In this document: piece after piece, positions 34,487 through 48,634 of the stretch
How positions within the stretch are numbered: the first letter of the stretch is position 1
How the letters are laid out: each line of letters opens with the position of its first letter
DNA from: Lingula anatina
Taxonomy: Eukaryota > Animalia > Brachiopoda
Direction of reading: 5' to 3'
Length of the DNA: 64,000 nucleotides
Assembly: GCA_051362555.1 (NCBI GenBank)
Contig: CM120644.1
Span: forward strand, 2,674,954 to 2,738,953
The notes under the pieces: generated by a model
What the model was told of the DNA's origin: nothing
Seen by the model: the letters and a program-made list of their open reading frames with translations, nothing else
The model's database searches: none
Made by a program: the position numbers and the translations under genes

Positions 34487-35738
34487 TATTGTGAATGCTT
34501 AGTAAACATAATTGTGATAAACACCTTACTGCTTTACATGTGGAGTCTAGTGAAGTCAAGGGCTTTTGTCAGTTTTCATATCAGATCAATTTAGGGAATG
34601 TTTTCAATGAAAAGTTAATCAGCGTAGAATATGTTTAAGACATTTATCTTATGTTGATGTACTAGTAGACTTATTACACTTGACTTCAAATCTATAGGGA
34701 AGCAAGGCATTGGCTTCATTACCATTTCAGGGTTTAGTTTTTTAGTATTTATTGGTCTTCAAATTTACTGGTACTGTAACTTAAGTGCAATCAATAATTA
34801 TTTATTTAATATCATCATTTACTAGTGTATTTGGTGCTACAATTATATAAATTGTTAAAAAGTTGATTTTTTTTTCATGATTTTTTGTGGGGACAGACAG
34901 TTTTCTTATACTCATTGTGGGTTAAACCTCCAAATTAATTAATTAATTATCTAGTCTATCAGTGACTCTGTGTGATATTTTGCTCGTCTGTTGGTGATGC
35001 AGTAACAACTGTAACACACAGACTAGAAATTTACTTGCCAGTGTAAGCAGCCAGAATTAAAAAAAAAAAAGAAACTTACAAAAACCATTAGTGATTTTTT
35101 CATTTTTGATGTCTTCTTGTTGTTAAAATATTTATTACAAAAAAATCAATAAAGCGAATGCATGATCAATACCGCTATAATTTTTTCCATGTAAATGTTT
35201 TCGTGGCATTTTGAGCGCTTTTGGTTTGAGGCAAGCATTGTGCTTTATTTTTATGGATCTTCATTTTAATGACCGCTGTTTACACATATTGTTTGTCTGT
35301 ACCCACCCAAAGTTTCAGGGCCCCTGAAAACTCGTCACTTTTATCAGCATGCTTCTGTCATTTCTGGCAGACGTAGTGCGGTGAGTTCCAAGAGAGCTTG
35401 GAAACGTTAAAGTCTGTGCTAAGTATTCTTTAAGAAACTCTTCAATAATCTAATTTTTCTTATGTATAAATTGTTAATTGTACAGTAGGATGAAAATTTG
35501 TGCAAGTGTTATTATCTCTCTCTTACTTTGTCTCTCTCACACACTCTTTCTCGCTCGCTCTCTCTCCCTCACTCACTCTTTCTCACTCCCCCCCCCCCCC
35601 CCCTTTATTCAGTCTCTTATGTCACCCCTCTGTTCAGGTGTATTTTCTTCCATCCATGCATTGGGTGCGTGTACTCGTGACCTTCACCGCAAGTGACCTA
35701 GTTTGAGGATATAATACCCCTATGGGCTCTTCCCTTGC

Positions 35739-35751
35739 ACATTTCATCAGC
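35739..35751 (-). promoter_or_regulatory. C/EBP-ATF (ATF4 amino-acid response) element candidate
   Basis: ACATTTCATCAGC (TGATGAAAT on the minus strand) ~45 nt before the PHGDH ATG and just downstream of TATA-like gatataata. Confidence 0.45.
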
Positions 35752-35794
35752 TCGTAACCAGTAAAGTGGTTTTCTCCTTCACTAGAACAGTACA

Positions 35795-37815
35795 ATGGCT
35801 CTTACGCTTAAAAAAGTGCTTATTAGTGATGAGGTTGATCCCAAATGCGTCCAGATACTTCAAGCAAACGAGGTTGACGTCGTAAAGGACACTAAATTAA
35901 CAAAAGAGCAACTCATTCAAGAAATCCCGGTGAGTAGTTTTGTTTACTTTGCGTCTCGACCGCCACGTGATCAAGTATTGCCGGCCGGTGAAAATCACTG
36001 CGTTGCATTCTTTCTAGCGCAATTCAAGGGCTTTTTGAAAATTAATAATTATCACAAACTTCATATTGTGTTAGGTTTATCTTGCGCTTATATTGAAGAG
36101 GGACTTCCTTAGGGTAGTTTTCCGACCTAGTTTGTTATCTTGGTAAACAGTTACAGCTGACAGTGGATAAATGTCAGGGAGGACTTCGTGGACATGTCGT
36201 TGGAAAATTTGTGCATGAGTTGTTTAAATGTAATATAAGGATGAGTTGACGAAATGAGTTGCTCCAGTTCTACATATACTTTGAAATGTAAAAGCAATGA
36301 TCATAATATAGCTGTACTGTAAATAAACATCATTACTGTTTTGCCTAGGCATATCAATATTTTATGGGAAGACGTTTTTTTTTTTTCAATGCCATTTTGA
36401 GGAAATAAAATCTTGATATCTTGAACACAGAAGTTAAACTGGTCTTTAATTGAAATAAAATTCAAATCCTGTACAGAATGCAGCTGAGTGGCTGATGCAA
36501 TGTTCCCCGTGTACATAGTGTTTATGTAGGAATTTTTATTTAACTGATTAAATTAAGGCAGACATGCATTGGGGGAGGGGGGGGGGGGTAGTATAAATTA
36601 AGTCACATGTAAGAACAGAATATTTAGGGTGCAATGGTGGAGTAGTTAATACATTTTAAGAACATTACAGGTCCTATTTATTGAAAATTAAAATTAAGTA
36701 AAATTAAAGTCAAGCTATGGGGAAGATCACTACTTGCAGGGGATGAGGGGGGGGGGACCATATATCAGTTATGAGAAGCTGAGACAAGTGATATTTAAAA
36801 CTTTTTATATTTGTGATGTATGTCAAATTTATGAATAATGATACAGTGTAATATATAATTTATATTACCCTTAGCTATATTAAATCGTAATATATATACT
36901 TGCATCTAAATTTTGCTCGAAAGAGAGGGGTTGCATTTGGGGGGGGAGGGGGAGGTATGTGGGTATGTGGATTAATTAATTGTTTTTTGCATAATGCTCC
37001 TGCATATATATAAACACATTAAAAAGTTGATACAGAAGGAGACTAATTATACATGTATTGATTCCTTTTTTTTTAAACTGAGGTTGGGTGAGGGGGGGGG
37101 GGGGGCAGTGCATGAAGACCATCATGATGTCTGCTATGTAAACTCTCCCTTCAACCTCTCTCCCCTCTCCTTCCACAATCTGCCATTGACACAGTTTACA
37201 GTCCCTTATTACTGCATGGCCATTTGCACCTCTATTTTCCTAAAATCTACCTGTACTGGTCTGGAGCAGAAAATCAGGAATTCGGAATAAAATTGAAAAA
37301 AATTGAATTTACCTATTGCGATATTATACGTAATATAACAAGACCATGATTTTTTCAATTATTTTTTCATTACTATTCAGAATCAAATATGTTAAAATTT
37401 TTTTTTAACAAATCAAAAGTGCTTTTGAAAACTTGTATAAAAAATCTAATGGCCATGTCAAACAACTAAATTCACACATTCTGAAAAATCTATTAGTCTG
37501 AATAGAGAAATTACTGGCCATGGGCATAGGACTAGTGGCCAACTTCACAGCCTCTATGTTACACCCTTATATTTCTAGAAATATGATGGTCTTATCGTTC
37601 GGTCAGCCACAAAAGTTACTGCTGATGTCATTGCTGCAGCCAGCAAGCTGAAGATTATCGGCCGCGCTGGCACAGGGGTGGATAATATTGACTGTGATGC
37701 TGCCACCAAGAAGGGGATTATTGTGATGAAGTAAGTATATAAGATATATGTGTGGCCTATATTGCCTAATTTTTTAAATGGAAATTGCAATCATGGCCTG
37801 TATCAGGCTGTATGA

Positions 37816-37861
<46 letters not shown>

Positions 37862-39088
37862 TTGACAGAAAAACATTAACTTTGGAGTGTTCCAAAATAC
37901 TAATAATAATCTTGTTATATTGCTACAAAATGCACATCTTATTCTGTGAGAACTGTTTCAATTACATACTCAGCTATATGAATAAAGTAGTCTAAGCACT
38001 TGTCTATTTGCCCAACTAGGTGCATTTAATTAATAATGATTTTGATATTTCACTGTATTTCAGCACGCCAGGGGGTAATACACTGAGTGCAGCAGAGCTA
38101 ACATGTACCATGGTCTGTGCCCTTAGCAGGTAGATAATGCCTGTGTGTGTGTGTGTGCGCGCGTGCATGCTTGTATACATGTGTATATATGTGTGTGTCA
38201 CTGTGTTTGTGTGTATTTGATTGTGAGCATGTGTGATTGTGTTTGTACTGCTGTCATTGCATGTGTGATATACTCTGTGAGTACTTAACTCTTAACATAA
38301 AAGATTTGATTCACCAAAAAGGAATGAAATTGATTTAATAAATATTGTTTTCAAGAAAGATTTTTTTTTATATAACTGTAGTGTAGGGTAAATCTCCAAA
38401 AAAAAAAAAAAAAACATTTTAACTGGTGTAACCAAACTCTATTTGAAATGTAGTAAAGGCATTCATATTTACATTGCTAACATAACAGAGGTGGATTCCT
38501 TATCCTAAAAACATGAAAAAAGGCATATTACAAACTATTGCTTACAAAAATACATGCCCCTCAAGAGTAGAGTTTTTTAAAGTTATTATTTACCCTGCCC
38601 TTATATGAGTGTTTAATTCCAAAATTGTATGATTTTGTTTGCAACTTTAAATAAATAAAATCAGGTCCATATCCATTTTTCAGAGTAACATGATATAGAA
38701 TAGATATTAGATATATGGAATAAAAAGGAACTTATTAAGTTCAACTGATCAACCTTATTTCAGGCAAGTTCCGCAAGCCAACGACTCTCTGAGAGCAGGG
38801 CGCTGGGACAGGAAGAAATTTATGGGGTCAGAAATTTTTGGCAAGACCCTCGCCATTGTGGGCTTAGGCAGAATTGGAAAGGAGGTTGCCACTAGGATGC
38901 AGTCTTTTGGAATGAGGGTAAGATTAACATGCAGTTGCTGATATCCCTTTTTTTTACTTATGGAATGATTGTTCTTGTTGTTTTTTGCTAGTTAAAGATA
39001 ATGGTGTATTTTGAATAATTTAAATTATTTTATTTAAATTTCACATTTTGTCAAAATGTAATCTGTGGGGAAACATATTTTTCAAATG

Positions 39089-39131
<43 letters not shown>

Positions 39132-42100
39132 TGTATTGAGAGAAGTAGGAGATTTCACTCTAAGGAAATTGGAGAAAGCATCATCAGCTGTTACATTTTT
39201 TCTTACAGAAGTTAATTGTGTACATGTTGGTTATAAATATAACAACAATGATGTTCATCGTTTTTTAATGTGATTCTTAATTTTTCTTTCATTTTGCAGA
39301 CGATAGGTTTTGACCCTATCATTCCAGCTGATGTGGTGGCAGAGTTTGGGGTGGAGTGGATGTCTCTAGAAGAGCTGTGGCCCTTGGCTGATTACATTAC
39401 TGTGCATACTCCCCTTATACCAAAAACAAAAAGTAAGTGTAATTTGAATAACTTTGTTTGCAAATTTTTAGATTTTTTAAGCACACCAGTGATGCTCAGA
39501 TTATCAGTTTCCCAAATGAAAATTATAGTGCAATGTCAAGTTGATTTTTTAAAACTTTTATTTTGTCAAAATAAGTCCAGATAGCTGGTCTTTTATACCA
39601 GCACATAAAAAGACATCTCCCCTACTAGATTTAATTTTTATACTAACTTTTGTTTTCTTTTTTTATAGATATGATAAATGCTGAAGTATTTTCTAAGTGC
39701 AAGAAAGGAGTCAAGATAATTAACGTTGCCAGGGGTGGAATTGTAGACGAGGAGGCATTGCTGGAAGCACTGAACGCTGGGAAATGTGGCGGGGCAGCTC
39801 TTGATGTGTTTATACAGGTTGGTGAAAATCACAAGTACTGACTTATTATGACTTATTATGACTTATTATTATGACTTATTAGGGGAAATGTTCAAGGAAG
39901 TACAATGAAAAGGCATTGTCTTGGAGAAGGAGAAGGAGAAATGATCACCAGGTTCTCAGTATCAATTTTTTTAGAGCAAATTGTTAAAGGCATACAATAA
40001 TACAAATATTGAGTGTTTTATGTCAGAATTTATTAATTGGATTGAGTTTTATTATTGTTACAGTGTTATTACTATGCTGTAGCAAGATGGTTAAACTGAT
40101 AGCTGTTGTACTTGATTTTTATTTACTATATTTGAGTTTGAATAACATTTGAACAAAGAAAAAAGTCTTCAATATATTGCACATAAGTGCCATTTATTAG
40201 AGAATTACCTAAAATGTAGTAATAATCAATTTACTAAATGTTGCTCTTTGAAAACCAAAATTGCTTATATAGCAGTAAATACATTTTCACAATATACTAA
40301 CAAACTATAGATTTTGATAGCTTTTTGTATTTTTTCGTGGTACTAAAATATTCAACCAATTCAACATTCAGGAGCCACCAAAAGATTTCACACTGGTACA
40401 GCACCCCCTGGTGGTGAGTACGCCACATCTTGGCGCCAACACAACAGAAGCTCAGTCCAGAGTAGCGGAAGAAATAGCGCAGCAGTTCGTAGATGCTATG
40501 CAGGGGAAGAGTTTATTTGGGGCGGTAAGCTGTAACTGCTGTAAATGTGGACATCAAAACATGTTACAGTATATGTAAAAAATATGTCAATAATGAAAAA
40601 CTAATAAGTTTCTGGTTGAAACAAGGTCTTGGAAATTGATAGCAATTCACACAGTTCATATAGCATACGTGCAGGTCCATCTGAAGCAACAATTTAATTT
40701 TATTGCCAAGGGTGTGCAAAACCGTTTTTTTTTTTTGGTTCAGTGAAGACTAATATTTTTATTATCAGTCCTTAAGTTACGCGTCTCACTCTTCCAGTTA
40801 AATGCTCAAGCCTTAAGCAATGCTCTCAGCCCAGCAACTCAACCCTGGGTTACCCTGGGGGAAGCCCTGGGGAGATTGGCAGCATCTCTGGCAGGGGAGG
40901 TGAACAGCAATACCCAGGTGCAAGTTATAACATATGGTGAGTACAGAATGCAGTGTAGACTAATAGAAAATAACATACTAGTAGTGGAATAGCCAGAATG
41001 TAAGTGGTGACTTACTGAGGAATTATAAGACAAGTCTTAGTAAGACCAGAAGAACGTGAACTAGAGAGAACAGAATAGAAACTATGAGTCTTGTGATGGT
41101 CATAGTGCATTTGAGAAGCTATAAAAATTATCCAGAGAGGACAGAGAAGCAGCTAGTCTATGTGCAATCTTGTGATGGATAAGCATTAGGGAGAAGAATT
41201 ATAAAGTTTAATTTATATTTTGTGAAGTTGCTAATGAAGATGTAGGGATCTCGAGACAATAAAACAATTCATCTAAATAGAATATACAAGAATATAGTCT
41301 GGAGAGAGAACAGAACTGTAGAATTTTGGTTAATAAGGTGAAGCCATAAAGAAATTGATCAATATTGCAGCCATAATAAAGTCAACATTAAATCATAAGC
41401 AGATGATAACATTGTGAAACATCTAACTTGGCTTTCTCTTTAATAAATAAGTTGAGTTAATTTCAGCAAGTTGTCATCAAAGAATTAACTTTAAGGCCCC
41501 ATGACTCCAGATCTGACCAACTGTTCCACTTTACATGCACAGAGAAACATAACAAACAACCTGACATATCTTTAGTTCCAAATCAAGTATCTTTATCATG
41601 CACAATATTTACATTGTATATAGTTTAAACCTAAGTGGAATCAGTATGCATGAAACTGTGGCTTCAAATTGTTGTGCAATGTTAACAGGATGTTTTTCTA
41701 CTTACCAGATTTAAAGCATGCATCTGTAGCAGAAATACACGTACCTCCATGTACATAGTAAATGATACAAATTTGCTCCCAAATAAAAGCAAATTAAATG
41801 TACAAATATTGACTAGATATGATTACATAATACCAATGTGGTCTGATAATAAATAAAATTTATGGAATAAGTATCATAGCAAAAGTTGTTTAATTAATAC
41901 ATAAATATTGTTATCTCTCCATATCCATATCTCTCCATAGCTCCTCTTATCTTAAAGAAAGGCATGAAGAAAAAGTTCCAAAGAAATAAATGTGCTACAT
42001 ATACTTTTTCTTTCATACATGATATTCTGTGAAGTACAATATCACCATCAGGGTTAAATGTTTTGCAGTTCAATTTGTTCATTTCTCAACAAAGAGTTTT

Positions 42101-44264
42101 GATTTTTACATCTGTCAAAAAGTCGGGACATATGTAGCCTAGCTGAAACGTTCCTATCCTCAACTAATATAAAAGTGAGTTGAATATCAACTTGGCTGAA
42201 ATCCATTTGTCATGGATGCTGATGACTTTGTTTGATGCACCATATTGAAACAAAGGGTCCTCTCTGCTGCCGTCAGGGTTCTGGTCGTTTTTATGTACAG
42301 TCGCCGTGCACTTTTCAGCGTTAATATGATAAGTAGACCACAGTTTTACTTTTTGGCTTTATATTTACAGAGCTGATGGACATTCATAAAATGCAGGTCA
42401 AGTTCGAAAATCAGCATGATCGGGCCATTATTGTAGAAGTTATGCTGTCTTTTCACTTTTCAGCATATATGCAACACTGTTAACACATTTCAAGGAAAAC
42501 CGATAGGCCTGTTGTCATGAAACTCACAGGAGTGGTCAATCTTACTAAAGGACAGGTTGAGTTCGAAAATCAGTATAATCGGGCCATTATTTAGAAGTTA
42601 TGCTGTTTTTTCACATTTCCTCAGATTCAATTCTTAGGCTTGTTAACAGTCTCATTATTTAACTAATAAGATACGTAAAAGTGTTTGTTTTACATTTCCT
42701 GCATCTTTACAACATTGTTAGTTGATTTTGTAAAAATGATGGTAAACTTGTTATAGTGTATTGTATAATAGAGTTTTTAAAAAATGGAAATTAACTTATA
42801 TCATTGCAGTTTGTCAGATTCAATCATTCACTAAGTCCAGAATCTCAGAATGGAGGAAATTGGACATTTAACACTGTTCTATTGATATTTTTCCCATCTC
42901 ATCAATTTTTTAAGGTGATCATATAAAAATGGCAGTAAACTGTTAATTTTGTTTTATGTTAAAAAAATTGTTAAAAATGGGAAAAAAACTTTTCAGAACA
43001 GTGCTGTCTTGTTTACATTTTGGCATTTTCAAGTTGTGACTTTGAAGTTCCATGGGCCTGAAGACCTTTGCTAGTCACATTTTCTGAATATCAATGATAA
43101 TAATATTTTATTATTAAAATTGATGGTCATTATGCTGTTAACCATTATGTAATATTGCATCAAAATAGAAGAAAACACAATTTTGGGTGCTGCTGCCATG
43201 ATGACCATTATGGGAAAACCATGTTACTTATGATTGCCAAACTTTCAAAAAAGAAATACAGGACTAAAATGCAGCTGGAGTTGGAAAAGCAGTCTAATTG
43301 ACTTCTTTTTCTGGAAGTTATACATTTTCAAAGTGTGAACTTGAACTCCCATGGGACTGAAACCTTATGCTTGTTACACATTTTACTTACATTGGTATTA
43401 CCTGTTGAGCATAATTAAAATTTGATGTTGAATTTGCAGTTTAACATAATGTACTTTTGCATCAGAATTGACAGTAGCCTATTTTGTTATTTCCTGTTTT
43501 TTGTCTGTACATTTGACAGCTTTGCTGCCTTGTTACAAATAAGTGTGTTTATTGGTGCCACACTTGATATATATATATGCATGACATGTGCACTGAATGA
43601 AATCATTTTTAAAATTATTATTTCAGGATCTGGTATGAAGAAAGCAGGTAGTTATCTTGGTGTAGCTGTCTTGGTGGGTCTGTTATCAGAGTATTCTGAC
43701 AATAACCTCAATCTCATCAATGCTCCTCCCCTGGCCAAGGAAAAGGGCATACAGGTATGGTAATTACTTATCAAATTTGAGTAAAATTAATTCATTGGTT
43801 CATTTTCTAAAAAAAAAAATTTGATTATAACATACAAATGAGCTGTTCCAAATGATAATTCAGAAATTTGATAAGTGCACTGGTTTAGGGCTTAAAAGTA
43901 CCTTGTTTGTTTTTAGCTTAAAATGTTAAAATAATGGAGTGAAAGTGAGTGAATGAGTTATTGGAAAATGCCCCCCCTTCCTCAAAAATAAAAAGGCTTA
44001 CCACTATAACACTGTTTACAATTAATCCAAATAGTAGTAATCAGAAAAACCATTTCAGTATTGTTTAGAAGTGTAAGAGAAACAAATAATTGAAAATTGA
44101 ATTTTCAGATATTGTTTGATAATTAGGGACAGCTCATTATTTCAGTCAGTAGGAAGAGGGTGGAGGAGAAGATGGGGAGCCCTGGACATTTTTAAACAAA
44201 AATTGGGGGGGGGGGGGGGTCTTGGGTTTGAAAATGACAGAAAAGGGGGTCTTGAAAAAAGTTA

Positions 44265-44306
<42 letters not shown>

Positions 44307-45983
44307 TTTAATGTAGTTTTTCTTTAATTTCTAATAAAATTTGCTATGATAGTAAATCTAGAATACATATATCTAGACAACGTGTATGCAGAATATATCA
44401 ACAAACCCAGTCTGATTATATTTCATTATACTTTTAGACTTTCTTTTAATCCTTCTCAAGTTTCCTTTTATAAAAAGAAGTTATGAAATAAATTCTGTAG
44501 TATTTTCTATCTACAGTAAATCCTGCCTTATTATAGAGGCCTGGCCGACATTAAAGAGAAAAATCAACGTTTGCATTCAGAATTTTTTTTTGTAAAACCA
44601 TTCAATATGTACATGAATTTTTTTTATTATAGTATCCACAAATAAGAGGAGTGTTTTTGACATACTTTTTATTTCATGTTTTCAGATAAACTTAATTAAT
44701 TAATATGAAATTTTTGACTTTCCATAAAGGCCATAGTGAAAAATATGTATCAATGTATAAACCACAGTTTATGTAATTTATACTGAGGTGAGATTTTAAT
44801 TTTTCAGCAAAATGGATTGATCTCAGAGTGGTCTTATTTATTTATTTATTGATCAAAGGCATTTTCTCCTCCAATCCCAACGCCCCACCACACCATGACT
44901 TAAATAATCGGTATCCTAATTTCCTTTTCCATGTATATGCCTTTCTACTTGAAAATATTACAGTAAACAAAAATGTCCCTTCTTTATTAGCTAATATCGT
45001 TTAATTTAATTTAAAAAAAATCAATATATTTTAGTTGTCTACGTCCCATGAGGAGCAGGTACCTACCCAGCTGGAGTGTCTTGTCTCTGTGGTAGTACAG
45101 CAGCAAGGTGGAGCTATTCACCAGGTGGGAGGGTTCGTGTCAGCAGGAACACCCATGCTGGCTCAGATTAACGGAGCCTCAGTATCAACTCCCGTATCTC
45201 TAGCTGGCAATGTGTTGGTGTACAAGAGTCAGGCCAACCCTCAGGTGATGCCAGCTGTGGCAGGTAGGTGGAGCCACATACAGGGTCTTTTTTCACATTC
45301 TTAGTACATGAATCATTTTCGTATCACACTATTCTGGGGACAATTAAAACTTATTAACATTTTTTTCTTAAATACACCTACAACTTTCCTACTTAACACA
45401 GTGATAAAGTCTGTCACCCTTTTGTTTCTATACATTTGTCTCCATACATCCAAGACCATATTGGTATCGCTATCTCTGAGGCCATTCAGAATAGATGAGC
45501 CAAGCATTAAGTGATCCACTGACCAAATATGGCCAACCACACTTCAAAACTGGTGTCGCTGATTGCAGATGTTCTCCCTGCCTCAACATGTACCATTCAA
45601 GAGATTAAATCTCAGCTCCGAGGTTTAGTTGCTAGGCTCCCGCAGCGACAGCAGTTGTGGAGGTGGTGAGACCACTGTGGAATTAATTGCATCACTCTTG
45701 CAGTGGGGGTGGGCATATTTAGTCCACAGATCAGTTAGCAGATCAGTTAGTGCTTGGATCATCTATTCTGAATGGCCCCTTTAGTAATTCTAAGACAAGT
45801 GATGTCTAACAACTCATCACTTTTCCAGGAGCCTTGGCTGGAGCCAATGCTAGCATTCTGTCCTATGCTGGCTCTCTGCCTGTGAATGGAGCAGCATGGG
45901 GAATCATGAGGATATCTCAACCAATCAGCAGTCTGGATATTCTGAAGCTACATGTCAACATGGTGCAGCAGGTGGCATTCTAG
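35795..45983 (+). CDS. PHGDH: D-3-phosphoglycerate dehydrogenase, 11 exons, 530 aa
   Basis: Exons 35795-35929, 37579-37730, 38064-38129, 38764-38917, 39300-39432, 39669-39817, 40372-40524, 40798-40936, 43627-43754, 45035-45263 and 45829-45983 (1593 nt, phases consistent). Motifs [38 protein letters not shown] and [11 protein letters not shown]. Confidence 0.95.
36491..36503 (+). promoter_or_regulatory. C/EBP-ATF (AARE) element candidate in PHGDH intron 1
   Basis: GCTGATGCAATGT contains the canonical TGATGCAAT core. Confidence 0.45.
42100..42620. mobile_element. Degenerate Helentron-associated (HINE-like) remnant in PHGDH intron 8
   Basis: Begins tttttacatctgtcaaaaagtcgggacatat. Two ~160-bp tandem units share agttcgaaaatcag...atcgggccattatt..agaagttatgctgt. 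Confidence 0.4.
45478..45779. mobile_element. MITE (~300 bp) in PHGDH intron 10
   Basis: ~40-bp TIRs GGCCATTCAGAATAGATGAGCCAAGCATTAAGTGATC / GATCAGTTAGTGCTTGGATCATCTATTCTGAATGGCC. Confidence 0.75.
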
Positions 45984-47039
45984 ATGACCTTTGACCTGGT
46001 TTGACCTTTGACATTATTTGACTTGGGACCTTGTGGAAAGCATACAAATGGAGGGTCACAAATGCTGCTGAAAAACTTAAATGATGACTTGTGGTGTATC
46101 ACATTTAATGGTCTCATCCTAGGATTTTTATATATGATACAAGTTAATAAATAAATGGAATAGGTTGGTTGATGAGTAGGCACTTTGGGTCATTGTGTAG
46201 CACTGTTGGCTGACTGATCAAGAATATTGCTCATGAGGTTCATCCATGAACAGGCCTGTAGCCAGTAATTTCAAAGAGGGGTTCTTTTTTTTGGAAAATG
46301 TGAATGTTTTACCATCTAACCTCCATGCACCTAGATATAATTTTGCCAAGAGTGGATCTTTTCCCATGGGTGTGGTGGTTCTGGCACCTGTCCTACATGA
46401 AGCTTAACTGAGTATGGTTTTGTCGGTTTTGGAATGATAGAAAAAGTTTTTTTCTGACCTGGTTGGTTTGCAACTTAAACTGGTTTTTAGCAATTATGAT
46501 AAATGGCAAGTTTCATGAATTGCCAGTAGCATGTGTTAATTCAAACTGTTTTGTTTGGGTAAAGCACTTCATCATAACAAAATAATATGATCAAAATTTT
46601 TTCCAGGTCAAATGTCCAAAAGTATGACTTCGATTCACCTGTTATTGGAGAGTATAGCCATATTTTTACCAATTGATTACTTAATATAAATTGTTTTATT
46701 ATGATTGATAACTTTAGTAGTGTAATATTTACTTTTTGGGACATGCTAAAACCCAGTGCATAATATGTGTATATATAGGAGAATTATGGCATAAAAAGGG
46801 TTGTCCTATGAATCACAGCACAAAATAAAATTCTCAATATCCAGGGGGACCAAAGTCAGAGCATTGTATTTACTTGTTATATTATTTATCATACTTTTCT
46901 GTGTAAAAAACCCTTATCCCAACCACGGGCATTGAGTAGTATGGATTTTACCTTATGGCTATATGACCCATGTCTCTATTTTTGTCTTTTGATGTACAGA
47001 CACGGATGTGTTTGTACATACATTTGTCACTTGCGTCTG

Positions 47040-47445
47040 TAATATTGCATCAAAATTGACAAAAACCAACTTTGTGTACTGCCACCATAAATGGTATGCA
47101 GAGAAAACAGTGTCAGTTATTTTTTTTAAGTTAAAAAATTATTCTTAGGACTGACATACAGCTCTTATTGGAAAAACAGCTCTATTGGATTGTTTTTTTA
47201 CTAATTTTACTAAATTTATACAAGTTTTGTGAAATTTTCACCTTTTCTCATTCTGGCATTTTCAAAGTATAAACTCTCATAGGCATGAAGCCTTATGCTT
47301 GTTACACATTTTACTTTCAATGGTATTTGATGCTGAATTTGCAGTTAAGCATTATGTATTATTGCATCAGAATTGACAGTATCCTATTTTGTGCATTATT
47401 TTTCTGCTTTTTGTCTGTACATTTGACAGCTTTGCTGCCTTGTTT
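47040..47445 (+). repeat. Duplicated copy of PHGDH intron 8 sequence (or a shared repeat)
   Basis: Colinear with ~43150-43535; for example ttttgtctgtacatttgacagctttgctgccttgtt is identical. Confidence 0.7.
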
Positions 47446-48634
47446 TGTTTTGGTATGAGGTTAAAGGACAAATAACAGTATTATGTTGTCAATAACTAAT
47501 GTGTTGAGGGTAAAATATTTGTGTGTACAAGTAGGGACCAATCTTTGTCTGATAATTTTCATTTGATGGTTTATTTGAATTAGTTATGTTACAGTTATTT
47601 AAGTCGGCATATACTAATATTTAGTTTCATATTCTTTAATTTGCCATGGGTGTTTCTTTGGATTTATTATAAGTTTACACATAAGTTTATATACATGCAG
47701 TAGAATACCTAACGGGCAAATATGCATTCTTTTCATTTATAAAGTTCCTAATGCTTTGTCAACTCTTTGCCAAACAAATGGAGAGTAAGTTTTCAAATAT
47801 CTTATATTAATAGATAAGGGACCATAATATAATATAATAGTTTTTTCATCATTCGATTTTAAGGGACCACAATAAAATAGTTTGTTTTCATACAGTCGAT
47901 ATAAATTTATATTTTATCTTGTCTGAAAAGATTTAGGTCATTGTGTCTAATAAATATCATTTGATAAAAAGAGAAAAACTATTTTCATTATTTAAAGATA
48001 CCAACTACATATTAAATTAAGTTACTTTATAACTAGAATCTCAAAATATGTTATTCTTTACAAATTACACATTTATGTGATAATATTTGATTTGTACATT
48101 TAACTCATATGAAATTGAAAACAATTATTGAAGGAAAGACTTCTCCCATGATAGAGTCACATCACAGCTTCTGAAAATTATAGAAATTGCACTAAAAATA
48201 ACTTGTGTGCCTCCATTTTTGTTACACCTGTGGAAGATATGGTGGATGCCAGATCTCAATGTCAATATTATTAGGAGCAAATTGTTCAAGGCATAAAATA
48301 ATATGATTATTAAGTCCTTGATGACAGAATTCATTATTTGTGGTGTAATAAAATGGATGAACTGATAGCATTTTCTCAGCATATCCCCCCCCCCTTTTTT
48401 TTAGGGGGGGGGGGGATGAAGGATGACACTGGAACAAAGAAAGAAAAGTTTTCAATACCCTGTATATTGTTCATAAGCTTTATTTATTAGAGGATAATAC
48501 ATGGAATTCATTTATAATCACCTTACTATCATAATAATTGCTCTTTGAAAAATCCTTTATTTTCTTATTTTTTATTTTTACAATTAAGAAGCTAGAGATA
48601 AAAACTTGTCAGAAGATTTCATAGTAATAAGTTG

